64,000 nucleotides of DNA, taken from contig CAWFQL010000018.1 in assembly GCA_963817915.1 (NCBI GenBank), positions 32,001-96,000 of the forward strand. The letters are read 5' to 3'. Shown one piece after another: positions 1 to 14,070 of this stretch. The stretch is from an uncultured candidate division Zixibacteria bacterium (GTDB lineage: Bacteria > Zixibacteria > MSB-5A5 > UBA10806). The position numbers were made by a program, and so were the translations under genes. A model generated the notes under the pieces. It was not told the DNA's origin and did no database searches. It saw only the letters and a program-made list of their open reading frames with translations. Every line of letters starts with the position of its first letter. Positions within the stretch are counted from its first letter, which is position 1.

Positions 1-400
1 TTTAAATTTTGGAATGGTCGGAAATGACTTCGACAAAGTCAACGATATTCAATTGACTGATTTCCTGATCGTAAACAAGGGAGCCCAGTTTATTCCCGCC
101 GAAGTAAAGGGACAGCTTCCAAAGCGGTTCAGCTTGAATCAGAACTATCCAAACCCATTCAACGCCAGCACCAATATCAGCTTTGATATGCCCCAGGGCG
201 GTGTCGTTGAATTGCTGGTTTTCGATCTTTTAGGTAGACAGGTCGCTACTCTTCATAATGGCTATTTGCCAGCCGGTAACCATATTATTAACTGGAATGG
301 GAATTCTTCTAACGGCGAACAATTAGCGTCAGGCATTTACTTCTATAGCCTGAGGGCTGGTGACTACAGCCAGTCTTTGAAGATGTTGTTAATGAAATAA
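1..400 (+). CDS. 5'-partial secreted protein ending in an FlgD-Ig/T9SS type A-like C-terminal sorting domain
   Basis: The frame is open from the window edge. The C-terminus FSLNQNYPNPFN...VFDLLGRQV...WNG...LASGIYFYSL...KMLLMK is the typical CTD pattern. Confidence 0.85.
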   Translation, partial: LNFGMVGNDFDKVNDIQLTDFLIVNKGAQFIPAEVKGQLPKRFSLNQNYPNPFNASTNISFDMPQGGVVELLVFDLLGRQVATLHNGYLPAGNHIINWNGNSSNGEQLASGIYFYSLRAGDYSQSLKMLLMK

Positions 401-482
401 CTCTGGCTTCACTTTTCCTCGCCGAGGATTTGTTTCAACTCTGAGGGGATTTTATGGAAGTGAGGATTAATAAGGAGCCGCG

Positions 483-3400
483 ATGAAAATAGGATTTATC
501 GTGAAAACGGCAATTTTAGCTATTTTAATTCTATCTGCCGTGTCCTATGCACAAAACCTGCCACCGGTAATTAATCCGATCGGGCCACAGGTTGTTGACG
601 AGGGCGTTCAACTCGATGTCCGGATTGTAGCTACCGATCCCGATATCGGTGATATTATAACATTAACCGCCGACCAACTGCCACTCAATTCCATTTTCAA
701 CGATTCAACCGGCGGTGTCGGAGGCCTTGTTTTTACTCCAGATTATACTCAATCTGGCGTATATCAAGTTCGCGTGTTCGCTGCAGATACTGCCGGTCTG
801 GTAGATACTGCCTTAATTGATATAACAGTTAATAACGTCGATCGCGCTCCGGTGATTTCACCGGTCGCGCCGCAGACAGTCGCCGAGGGTGGCAATCTCA
901 ATGTTCGCGTAACCGCCGCCGATCCCGATGGTGATCCGATTACGCTGGTTGCCCAGCAATTGCCGCTTAATGCGACATTTACGGATTCAACCGGCGGAGT
1001 TGGTCATTTGGTATTTAATCCCAGCTTCACACAGGCCGGGTCATATACAGTTAGAATAATTGCCAATTCGACAACACTGGTTGATACCGAGCTCGTAAAT
1101 ATAACAGTCACCGGCACTGATCGTCCGCCGGTGATTACGCCAGTCGCGCCGCAGACAGTTGCCGAGGGTGGCAATCTCAATGTTCGCGTAACCGCCGCTG
1201 ACCCCGATGGTGATCCGATAACATTGATCGCTCAGCAGCTTCCGCCTAATGCCACATTTACGGATTCAACCGGCGGAGTTGGTCATTTGGTATTCAATCC
1301 CAACTACACCCAGGCGGGATCGTATACAGTAAGAATAATAGCCAATTCGACAACATTGGTTGATACCGAGCTTGTCAGCATAACAGTCACCAATACCGAT
1401 CGTGCGCCGGTGATTACACCGGTCGCGCCGCAGACAGTTGCCGAGGGTGGCAATCTCAATGTTCGCGTAACCGCCGCTGACCCCGATGGTGATCCGATAA
1501 CATTGATCGCTCAGCAGCTTCCGCTTAATGCGACATTTACGGATTCGACCGGCGGAGTTGGTCATTTGGTATTCAATCCCAACTACACTCAGGCCGGGTC
1601 ATATACGGTTAGAATAATAGCCAATTCAACGACTCTCGTTGATACTGAGCTCGTCAGCATAACAGTCACCAATACCGATCGCGCTCCAGCGATCACCCCT
1701 GTCGCACCGCAGACAGTCGCCGAGGGCGGCAATCTCAATGTTCGAGTTTCAGCTATCGATCCCGATGGTGATCCGATAACATTGATCGCTCAGCAGCTTC
1801 CGCCTAATGCGACATTTACCGATTCAACCGGCGGAGTTGGCAGGTTAGTATTCAATCCCGACTTCACTCAGGCCGGGTCATATACGGTTAGAATAATAGC
1901 CAATTCGACAACATTGGTTGATACCGAGCTTGTCAGCATAACAGTCACCAATACCGATCGCGCGCCGGTGATAACGCCAGTCGCTCCGCAGACAGTCGCC
2001 GAGGGTGGCAATCTCAATGTTCGCGTAACCGCCGCTGACCCCGATGGCGATCCGATAACGTTGATCGCTCAGCAGCTTCCGCTTAATGCCACATTTACGG
2101 ATTCGACCGGCGGAGTTGGCAGGTTGGTATTCAATCCCAGCTACACCGAGGCCGGGTCATATACGGTTAGAATAATAGCCAATTCAACAACGTTGGTTGA
2201 TACTGAATTAGTCAGTATAACCGTGACCAATACCGATCGTGCGCCGGTAATTACGCCAGTCGCACCGCAGACAGTTGCTGAGGGTGGTAATCTCAATGTT
2301 CGCATGACTGCTGCCGATCCCGATGGCGATCCGATAACGTTGATCGCTCAGCAGCTTCCGCTTAATGCGACATTTACGGATTCGACCGGCGGAGTTGGTC
2401 ATTTGGTATTCAATCCCAACTACACTCAGGCCGGGTCATATACGGTTAGAATAATAGCCAATTCGACAACATTGGTTGATACCGAGCTAGTAAGTATAAC
2501 AGTCACCGGCACCGATCGTCCACCAGTGATTACACCGGTCGCGCCGCAGACAGTCGCCGAGGGTGGCAATCTCAATGTTCGCGTAACCGCCGCCGATCCC
2601 GATGGCGATCCGATTACGCTGATTGCCCAGCAATTGCCGCCAATGCGACATTTACGGATTCGACCGGCGGAGTTGGCAGGTTGGTATTCAATCCCGACTT
2701 CACTCAGGCCGGTTCATATACAGTTAGAATAATTGCCAATTCGACAACACTGGTTGATACCGAGCTCGTAAGTATAACAGTCACCGGCACCGATCGTCCG
2801 CCGGTGATTACGCCAGTCGCGCCGCAGACAGTTGCCGAGGGTGGCAATCTCAATGTTCGCGTAACCGCCGCTGACCCCGATGGTGATCCGATAACATTGA
2901 TTGCTCAGCAGCTTCCGCCTAATGCCACATTTACGGATTCAACCGGCGGAGTTGGTCATTTGGTATTCAATCCCAACTACACCCAGGCCGGATCATATAC
3001 AGTAAGAATAATAGCCAATTCGACAACATTGGTTGATACCGAGCTTGTCAGCATAACAGTCACCAATACCGATCGTGCGCCGGTGATTACACCAGTCGCG
3101 CCGCAGACAGTCGCCGAGGGTGGCAATCTCAATGTTCGCGTAACCGCCGCCGATCCCGATGGTGATCCGATTACATTGATTGCTCAGCAGCTTCCGCTTA
3201 ATGCCACATTTACGGATTCGACCGGCGGAGTTGGTCATTTGGTATTCAATCCCGACTTCACCCAAGCCGGATCATATACAGTAAGAATAATAGCCAATTC
3301 GACAACATTGGTTGATACCGAGCTTGTCAGCATAACGGTCACCAATACTGATCGCGCGCCGGTGATTACGCCAGTCGCTCCGCAGACAGTCGCCGAGGGT

Positions 3401-6400
3401 GGCAATCTCAATGTTCGGGTAACTGCCGCCGATCCCGATGGTGATCCAATTACGTTGATTGCCCAGCAATTACCGCTTAATGCGACATTTACGGATTCAA
3501 CCGGCGGAGTTGGCAGGTTAGTATTCAATCCCGATTTCACTCAAGCCGGATCATATACAGTAAGAATCATAGCCAATTCGACAACATTGGTTGATACCGA
3601 GCTTGTTAGCATAACAGTCACCAATGTCGATCTCCCGCCTGTCTTTGGATCAATTCTTCCTCAATCCGTCTATGAAAATAGCGTACTTAATTTCAGTGTT
3701 GCCGCTACGGATACTGACGGCAATCTCATTACCCTTACTAGCGGCGCCTTGCCGGCCAATGCCACTTTCACTGATCTCGGCGGCGGCAATGGAAGCTTCC
3801 ATTTCGCGCCTAATCTTACGCAGGAAGGTAATTATTCAATCTCATTTTATGCTAATTCGGGAAGCCCCTCCATCAGCGATACACTCATTGTGCCAGTCAC
3901 CGTATTACATACAAATGCTGCGCCGGTGCTGAATCCAATCGGGCCTCAAAGCGTTAATGAAAACCAGTCTTTGCAGTTTAGAATTATCTCCAGTGATATC
4001 GACGGTACATTCCCAACATTAACAGCTCTAAATTTACCGGCCAATGCGGTTCTCACTGATAGTTTGAATGGACGCGGCCTGTTAGTATTCAATCCTAATT
4101 TCAGCCAGGCCGGTACTTATAATGTAATATTCATTGCCAGCGATGGCTTGCTTGCCGATTCCGAGAATGTTGCCATAACAGTTAATAATGTCAATAGACC
4201 TCCTGTGCTTAATCCCATTGGCAATCGTTCGGTTATCGAATCGGCGACTCTCAGCTTCAGGGTATCATCCAGCGATCCTGATCTGCAGACTCCGTCTTTG
4301 ATCGCTCTTAATCTTCCGATAAATTCTACATTTGTCGATTCCACCAACGGAGCTGGATTGTTCAGGTTTACGCCCGGATATACACAAGCAGGAACCTACA
4401 ATATTCTTTTTATAGCTTCAGATGGCACCTTGTCGGATTCGGAAATGGTCCGGATTACAGTATTCGATGCTGGAAACCAACCTCCTGTAATCGATCCGAT
4501 TTTGCCCCAGTCCATTATCGAGGGCCAGCATCTGCAATTTATAGTTAGAACCAGCGATCCCGATAGCACAATTCCGATTGTTCAAGCATTTAATCTTCCG
4601 CTCCATGCCGTTTATGCAGACTCCGGCAATGGACGCGGGCTTTTTGCATTCGACCCCGATTTTACTCAAAGCGGAAATTATAACGTTCTTTTCAGAGCCT
4701 TTGATGGATCTCTATATGATTCCCTTTGGGTACAAATTACGGTGATTGATTTTGGCCGTCCGCCGGTCTTGAACCCGATCGGACCCAGAACTATGACTGA
4801 GGGGGATACTCTACGAATCGTTGTCACATCCACTGACCCCGATGGCACCTATCCGCGGCTTTTTGCCGCCCCATTGCCGAATCACGCGACCTTTGCTGAT
4901 TCGCTAAACGGTCACGGATTGTTTACGTTTACACCTGACTTTACGCAATCTGGCATCTATACAATATTATTCAGAGCATCCGATGGAGCGTTGGTCGATT
5001 CAGAATATGTCCAGATAACTGTCAATGATTGGGGAAACCATGCCCCTGTCCTGGCGCCTATTGGACCTCGGAGCGTTAATGAGGGCCAGTTGCTTAGCAT
5101 ACATTTTTCAGCTTCAGATATTGACGGCACTATCCCGCAGCTTAATGTTATGAATATGCCCGCCAATGCGGCATTTACGGATAGCCTTAATGGCCGAGGC
5201 GCGTTCACATTCGCGCCCGATTATTCCCAATCGGGGGGCCATAATGTTTTGTTTATAGCATCCGATGGCACCGCCGCCGATTCGGAGCTTGTCGTCATAA
5301 CCGTGATTAATACAGATCGTCCGCCGGTGATTACGCCTGTTCCCGCTCAGACTGTGGCCGAAGGCGGCGCTCTCCGGGTTCGAATTTCATCATCTGATCC
5401 CGATGCCGATCCAATTACCCTCATAGCTCAGCAGCTTCCGCTCAATGCCACTTTTGTTGATTCAACCGGTGGAATCGGTGGATTAGTATTCAATCCCGAT
5501 TATACTCAGGCAGGATCATATCAGGTGAGGATTATAGCCAATTCATTGACTCTCGCCGACACCGAGCTTGTTAATATAGCTGTAACCGGAAGCGATCTGC
5601 CTCCTGTAATCACTCCGGTCCCGCCGCAGACAATAGCCGAGGGCGGGACTCTCGGGGTTCGCGTGACAGCAACCGATCCCAATGGCGACGCGATAACATT
5701 AATAGCGCAGCAATTGCCGCCTAATGCTTCATTTGTTGATTCTACCGGTGGAAGAGGTGGATTGGTATTCAATCCCGACTTCACTCAAGCCGGTTCATAT
5801 ACTGTCAGGATAATTGCCAATTCGACTACATTGGTTGATACCGAGCTTGTCAGTATAACAGTCACCAATACAGACCGCGCGCCGGTGATTACTCCTGTCG
5901 CTCCGCAGACAGTGGTCGAAGGTGGTAATCTTAATGTTCGAATAACCGCAAGCGATCCCGATGGCGATTTAATTACGCTAATCGCTCAGCAATTACCGCT
6001 TAATGCCACCTTTACGGATTCGACCGGCGGGAGTCGGCCATTTGGTTTTCAATCCCGATTACACCCAGGCCGGGTCATATACAGTCAGAATCATAGCCAA
6101 CTCAACTACATCTGGTTGATACCGAGCTTGTCAGTATAACCGTAACAAATTCAGACCGCGCACCGGTGATTACGCCGGTCGCTCCACAGACCGTAGCAGA
6201 GGGCGGCAATCTCAATGTTCGAGTGACCGCTAGCGATCCCGATGGCGATCCGATAACATTAGTTGCCCAGCAGCTTCCGCCGAACGCCACCTTTACAGAT
6301 TCGACAGGTGGAGTTGGCCGGTTGGTATTCAATCCCGATTTCACTCAGGCCGGTTCGTATACGGTTAGGATAATAGCTCACTCGACAACTTTGGTAGATA

Positions 6401-9400
6401 CCGAGCTTGTTAGCATAACCGTAACGAATATAGATCGCCCGCCGGCAATTACCCCAATCACTCCGCAGACCGTGGCGGAGGGAGCCCGACTAAATGTCCG
6501 AGTGACTGCAATCGATCCCGATAATGATTCATTATCCCTGACTGCCGAACAGTTACCTATTAACGCTGTATTTGCAGATTCGGGAAAGGGTATAGGCGGA
6601 TTAGCTTTCAATCCCGATTTTACCCAGGCCGGTTCTTACAGTGTGAGGATAATAGCTAGATCAACAACCCTTGTTGATACTGAATTAGTCAGTATAACTG
6701 TGACCAATACCGATCGTGCCCCTGTGATTACACCTGTCACTCCCCAGACAGTGGCCGAGGGTGGCCATCTCGCGGTTAGGGTGACAGCTTCCGACCCTGA
6801 CGGCGATTTAATAACCTTGATCGCCCAGCAGCTTCCGCTCAATGCTTCTTTCGTTGATTCGACTGGCGGAAGAGGTGGATTGGTATTCAATCCCGATTTC
6901 ACTCAAGCAGGATCATATACGGTTAGGATAATAGCTAATTCAACTACATTAGTAGACACCGAGCTTGTTAGTATCACTGTCACAGGAAGCGATCGTCCGC
7001 CAGTGATTACACCTGTCACTCCACAGACTGTGGCCGAGGGCGGGAATCTAACGGTTCGAATCACAGCTACCGACCCCGATGGCGATCCAATAACTTTCAT
7101 CGCCCAGCAGCTGCCTCTTAATGCCACGTTTACGGATTCTACCGGCGGAGTTGGCAGATTAGTTTTCAATCCCGACTTCACTCAGGCAGGATCATACACT
7201 GTAAGGATAATAGCGAATTCAACTACATTAGCAGATACCGAGCTGGTCAGCATTACAGTGACCAACACCGATCGTCCTCCAGTGATAACACCTATCACTC
7301 CGCGGACAGTGGCCGAAGGCGGTCATCTTGCTGTTCGAGTAACTGCCACCGACCCCGATGGTGATTTGATTACACTCGTGGCGCAGCAGCTTCCGCTAAA
7401 TGCGACATTCGTAGATTCTACCGGCGGAATAGGTGGATTAGTATTCAATCCCGACTTTACGCAGGCCGGATCATACGCTGTGCGAATAATAGCAAACTCC
7501 ACAACTTTGGTTGATACTGAATTTGTCAGCATAACCGTTACTGGCAGCGATCGTCCGCCGGTGATTACACCAGTAGCTCCGCAGACAGTGGCCGAGGGAG
7601 GGAGCCTCTACGTTCAGAGTAACCGCCACCGATCCCGATGGCGATCCGATTCTTCTTTCCGCACAGCAATTGCCGCTCAATGCCACATTTACGGATTCGA
7701 CCGGTGGAGTCGGCCATTTGGTATTTAATCCCGACTTTGCTCAGGCCGGATCTTATACAGTAAGGATATTGGCCAATTCCACAACCTTGGTCGATACCGA
7801 ACTTGTCAGCATAACTGTTACGAACGTTGATAGACCGCCGGTTCTTTCACCGATCGCGCCTCAGGTCGTGGCTGAAGGAGCTAATCTCAATGTCAGAATT
7901 ACGGCTGCTGATCCCGATGGCGAGCCCATTACATTAATTGCCCAGCAGCTTCCTCTCAACTCTACCTTCACCGATTCTACCGGCGGAGTCGGCAGATTAG
8001 TATTCAATCCTGACTTTACGCAGGCCGGCGCCTACACTGTAAGAATTATTGCTAATTCGACAACTCTGGCTGATACCGAGCTTGTCAATATAACAGTGAA
8101 TAATATCGACAGACCTCCTGTCATTACACCTGTAGCGCCGCAAACTGTTGCCGAAGGTGCAAATCTTAATGTCAGAATAACGTCTATTGATCCTGACGGC
8201 GAGCCAATAATATTAACGGCCCTTCAACTGCCGCTAAATTCATCATTTTCAGATTCAACAGGAGGCGTGGGTCATCTGATATTTAATCCTGATTACTCTC
8301 AAGCCGGACCATATCAGGTAATTATTATTGCCTCTTCGACCACTTTGACAGATACAGAATTTGTAAATATTACGGTGACCAATACCGATCGACCGCCTCT
8401 CTTCGTAGCCGTACCACCTCAATCAGTCTACGAGGACAGCGTACTCAATTTCAGTGTCAGCGCATCGGATCCTGATAACGACCTAATTACATTGACTCAT
8501 GACGCGCTGCCTCCCAATGCTACTTTCACTGATCTGGGCGGAGGGAATGGAACACTTCATTTCGCTCCCAACCTAACCCAGGAAGGGAATTATACCCTGG
8601 CATTCTATGCCAATTCGGGAACCCCGGTAATTCGAGATACCTTGCAGGTTTTCGTTGTAGTACTTCATACCAATGCGCCCCCTATTCTAAACCCCATAGG
8701 GCCGCAGAATGTCAATGAGAATCAGCGTCTCCAGATTCATGTCACCTCAAGCGACATCGATGGTACCTTCCCGGTATTATCGGCCCTAAATTTGCCGATC
8801 AATGCGGTCTTTACCGATAGTCTAAATGGACGCGGCCTGTTCGTATTTAATCCCGATTTTGTCCAGGCGGGCACATACAATGTCTTATTCATAGCGAATG
8901 ACGGTCTGATTGCTGATTCTGAAAATGTTGCCATAACCGTAAATAATGTCGACAGACCCCCTGTCCTCACTAATATAGGCAGTCGTTCAATTGTTGAAGG
9001 TGCAGCGCTCAGCTTCCGAGTGACATCTACCGACCCCGACCTGCAGATTCCAGTCTTGACCGCTCTGAATCTGCCCGTTAATGCATCCTTCATAGATTCT
9101 ACGAACGGCAATGGATTATTCAGGTTCAATCCGGGCTACACTCAAGCAGGCATGTACAATGTTCTTTTTATAGCATCTGATGGTGTTCTTGCTGATTCCG
9201 AATTAGTACGAATAACTGTCTTTGAAGCCGGAAATCAGCCACCTGTTATTGAACCTATAGCGCCTCAATCAATAGTAGAAGGACAGCATCTGAGCTTCCC
9301 TGTGAGATCAAGCGATCCCGACAGCACTATCCCAGTTGTTCAGGCGTTCAATTTGCCGCTTCATGCTGTCTATGCCGATTCCGGCAACGGCCGCGGTGTT

Positions 9401-12400
9401 TTCAGCTTTGATCCGGATTTTACACAAAGTGGCGTTTATAATGTACTTTTCAGAGCCTTCGATGGCTCGCTATATGATTCCTTGTGGGTTCAGATTACCG
9501 TCATAGATTATGGCCGCCCGCCGGTTCTCAATCCTATCGGGCCTCATTCTGTGACCGAGGGTAATTTGCTCAGCTTCATCGTTACCTCCACCGACCCCGA
9601 TGGTACGTTCCCGCATTTATTCGCAGGGCCGCTACCGCTTCATGCCGCCTTTGTCGATTCGCTCAATGGCCACGGGCTTTTCTCATTCACCCCTGACTTA
9701 TTCTCAGGCTGGAGTTTATTCAATATTGTTTACAGCCTCCGATGGTGCCATGACAGATTCGGAATATGTCCAGATAACTGTCATTGATTGGGGAAATCAT
9801 CCACCTGTCTTATCCGCAATCGGACCGCAGACCCTTAATGAAGGCCAGTCACTCAGCATTCATGTTATAGGTACGGACTTGGATGGCACGATCCCGTCAT
9901 TATATTCAATGAATTTGCCGGCCAATGCCATATTTACTGATAGCCTTAATGGCAGAGGCGCCTTCATGTTTTCGCCGAATTATTTCCAGGCGGGAGCGTA
10001 TTCAGTGTTATTTATAGCCTCCGATGGCCTTTTGGCCGACTCGGAACTTGTGGCGATAACCGTTAATAACATTAACAGACCGCCGGCCATTACTCCAATA
10101 GCATCTCCGATAAATATCGCCGAGGGGGATACTGCTCGGTTCGTAGTTATCTCATCAGATCCCGACGCGGAAATACCTATTTTAACCGCTCAGAATTTGC
10201 CATTGAGCAATTATATGTTCTTCCCTAACGGCGACGGCACCGCTGATTTCGCGTTCTATCCCGACTATACTCAGTCCGGTACCTACAATATAAGATTTAT
10301 CGCCACTGATCCATTTGCGGCTGCCGATACGGAAATGGTCACTATAAATGTTTCAAATGTCAATCAACCTCCGATCCTGGCTCCAATCGGGCCTCTATCG
10401 GTGATTGAGGGTCATACTCTTAACGTTGTCATCAGAGCCGCCGATCCCGATAGCACATTGCCCACTTTCGCGGCCCGCAATTTGCCCCGCAATTCCGCCT
10501 TTGCCGATTCCCTGAACGGTCGAGGTCTTTTCACATTTTCTCCCGACTTTGTACAAGCGGGGATTATCGATTCAGTTCTCTTTGTCGCCACCGATGGCGT
10601 ATTAAGGGATTCCGAATTCGTCAGAATAACAGTCATCGATGCGGGCAATCAGCCGCCTGTGCTAAATCCGATTGGACCTTATACCGTAAATGAAAATGAA
10701 GTACTTGCATTCCCGGTTAGTGCATACGACCTTGACAATACCACTCCTATTCTATCCGCAAATCATCTGCCTCTTAATGCGACATTCGTCGACAATATGA
10801 ACGGCACAGGGAATTTCGAATTCAGGCCGAATGCTAATCAGGCCGGTTCCGATACAGTCCATTTCTTCGCCAGCGATGGAAGTCTAATTGATTCTGAATA
10901 TGTCGTCATAACCGTGCTCAATGTAAATCAAGCGCCGATATTGAATCCAATTGGAAACAGAGTAATGACCGAGGGCGATTCGCTTGGAATTATAATCACA
11001 GCGTTCGACCCCGATGCCAATCCGATCATAATGACAACAGGGGCTCTTTCACCTAATATGGTATTCAGCCATATTAGCTCCGATTCAGCTTATTTCGGAT
11101 TCAAACCGACTTATATTCAAAGCGGCACCTATAATGTTCTATTTAGAGTCTCGGACAGCCTTCTTGTCGATTCGGAAATGGTTCAAATTATCGTAAATGA
11201 CGCCGGCAACCAACGTCCTCATATGGCGACAATTGATACGGCTTATTACGTGACTGAAGGCGATACGTTGATAATCAATGTCAGTGTCACCGATCCCGAT
11301 GGAAATACCGTTGTGCTTTCCGCTTCGCCGCTCGCGACCAATATGACCTTTGTAGACAATCTTAATAATACCGGTTTGTTTACATTCATGCCCAACTATG
11401 TACAATTCGGGACATATCCATTAACTGTACGAGCGTTCGATGGCAGCCTGTGGGATTCGCTTTCTACCGTCATCCATGTAGCCGAACAAGGCAACCAACC
11501 GCCGATTCTCAGCCCAATAGGACCCAGGACTGTTCCGGAAGGCGATAGCCTGGTAATCAACGTCAGCGCTATCGACCCTGAAGGCGCAACACCATTCCTG
11601 TTTGTGACATCGATTCCGCCCTTCTCGAATTTTACGGATAATCATAACGGAACAGGAAGATTCGCGTTCCACCCCGACTATTATTCAGCAGGAGTAAGAA
11701 CTGTCAGATTTAATGCCATGGATAATGGTGGATTGATTGATTTTGAAGACGTGCAGATAACCATTACCGATGTCAACAGGCCGCCAATTATAGTGTTCGT
11801 CGGCGATACACTTGTATATGAAGGTGATTCGCTTAGAGTGAATGTGATTGTCACGGATTCTACCGATGCCGTCCCTGGTCAACTAAATCTTTCAAATGGC
11901 TATATGCCTCGCAACTCGACATTCACAATTACCGGAAATGGCACCGGAGTTTATATGATCAGGCCCGATTATAATCAGGCCGGTGTTGACTCCGCGTTAT
12001 TCTATGCCAGTGATAATGATTCTCCTCCGTTGGGAGATCAGAAATGGTTTAGGATACACATCAGGGAAGCTAACCGCCGACCAATTTTCCTGCAGCCGCC
12101 CCCTGGAATAGTTAATCAAGGTGAAACTTTGATAATGAATCTTTCTGCCACGGACCCCGATAATGATTCGCTCAGATTCTTTATTAACTGCTCGTCCTGT
12201 AATCCTCTTATCCCTGCCCGTTCGAGCTTTGTTGATAATGGAAACGGTACCGCTCAATTCATTTTCAATCCTGATTTCACTCAAACCGGAATATTCCTGA
12301 TATATTTCGCAGTTACGGATGGACGGGCAACAGTCACGAGACCGACAATGATTCAGGTAATAGATATGGGTAATCAGATTCCCGTATTAAATCCGATAGG

Positions 12401-14060
12401 CCCTCTGTCGGTGATCGAGGGTGAAAGTCTTTCCGTTCATATTACATCATCCGACCCTGACTCCACACCGCCTGCCATCACCCTGCGGGGAGCCCCTGTT
12501 AACGCTGTTTTGCATGATTCCACCAATGGTAGAGCATCGTTTTTCTATGTGCCGTTGTATAATCAATCCGGCTCTTATGGGTTAACATTCAGAGCCACTG
12601 ATCCGCAGGGCGCTATAGATTCTGAAATTGTGAGCCTTAACGTCATTGAAGCCGGTAATCAACGGCCCCAATTGAGCTTCATGACTAATAGGACAATCAC
12701 CGAAGGCCAGACTCTCATGTTCAATGTCTTTGCATCCGATCCTGATTCTACATACCCCCGTCTGGCTGCTCTTAATTTGCCTCTAAATGCCACATTCGTT
12801 GATTCTTTACACGGAGTTGGATATTTTACATTTACACCGGATTTCACTCAATCGGGAGATTATCAGATTACATTTATGGCAATCGATTCTATGGATTCGA
12901 CTCTAACCGATAATCAGATAGTAGTGATCCACGTTCTGAATTACAATCGAAGACCTGTCTTTTTGCCGGCTGGACCGTTCACTGTCAACGAAGGCGAAAT
13001 TCTTGATTTCAACATAGTCGCCGCCGATCCTGATGGCCAGACTCCTCGGCTGGTTTCAATCCGATTGCCGCGAAACACAATTTTCACCGACAATCATAAC
13101 GGCACCGGCAGCATTAACTTTGCCCCTGATTTCAATCAGGCTGGTCTGGATTCAATCATGATATCGGCTATCGATAGTCTCGATCCCACTATGAATTCGA
13201 TGCTCAACGTCAGACTGAACATTCTCGATGTCAATCGCCCGCCTGTTCTTGCGCAAATACCGGATACCACAATTGGTGACGGATTCCTGCTGAATTTGCC
13301 GATTGTCGCAACCGATCCCGATTCAACCGTGCCTCTTTTATTCCATCGGGCGTTGCCGGATTCCTCACAATTTATTAACAACAATAATGGCACTGCCACC
13401 TTTAGATGGCGTCCGAGATTCCAGGATATTGGGATTTATCAGATCACCTTCGGGTGTATAGATCGAAATAATTCATCGCTGGTTGATTCTCAAGTTGTCA
13501 CTATCCAGGTTCTTACCGCGGGAAATCACCCGCCTGTGTTTAATCCAATCGCTAATCAGCAATTGCGAGTGCCGGATACCCTAAGTCTCCGAATTATGGC
13601 CAGTGATCTGGAAAATGATCCTCTGACAATCTCATATGAAGGAGTTTTGCCGATTGGCATGGTCTTCTTCGATTCGGGTTCGGGCGCCGCTTCGCTTACA
13701 TGGATTCCTACTATGGACCAGGGCGGCAACTATGAAATCACTCTGGTGGCTTCTGATCCCGCAGGTCTAACCGACACGGCAAGGGCAAATATTCAAGTCA
13801 TCGCCTATATCAGGGGAGATGCCAATGGCAGCGGAACCCTCAATGGTCTCGATGTCGTCTATCTGGTCAATTATTTTAAGGGAACAGGCGATCCGCCGGT
13901 TCCATTCGAGGCCGGCGATGCCAATGGAGATTCGCATGTCAATGGACTTGACGTTGTATATTTGGTTAACTACTTTAAAGGCGGTCCTCCTCCTCCACCG
14001 ATTATGCGCGTGGGGCCGGGATTGAAACCGGGGATGACCACTTTAGGTTCGAGAAATTAG
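483..14060 (+). CDS. Giant (~4,520 aa) secreted protein: signal peptide, ~47 tandem Ig/cadherin-like domains and a C-terminal dockerin; split into 5 ORFs by apparent 1-bp frameshifts
   Basis: AAGGAG RBS and signal peptide at 483. The ~93-aa NxPP...EG...DPDG...FxPDxxQAGxY repeats continue across ORFs 483-2732, 2681-6139, 6166-7728, 7670-9787 and 9600-14060. Comparison with sibling repeats places indels near 2641 (-1), 6030, 6111, 7615 and 9697 (+1 each). A duplicated GDANG...NGLDVVYLVNYFKG lies at ~13815-13985. Confidence 0.9.
840..3627 (+). repeat. Tandem array 1: 10 near-identical 279-bp (93-aa) Ig-like units
   Basis: The unit DR(A/P)PVITPVAPQTVAEGGNLNVRV...LVSITVT(N/G)T occurs 10 times with a 279-bp period. 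Confidence 0.95.
5314..8386 (+). repeat. Tandem array 2: 11 units of the same 279-bp repeat, more diverged
   Basis: Same unit as array 1, counted 11 times between the two six-domain blocks. Confidence 0.9.
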
Positions 14061-14070
14061 GAATGTTTTT

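Noticed and set aside
840..8386. Regular repeats as a CRISPR array or non-coding satellite
   Set aside because: The units are 279-bp in-frame coding repeats with synonymous variation, no unique spacers and no cas genes.
1266..13399. Many short minus-strand ORFs (MTNSAG..., MKSGLNT...) over the giant gene
   Set aside because: They are antisense shadows of the repetitive coding strand and recur with the repeat period.
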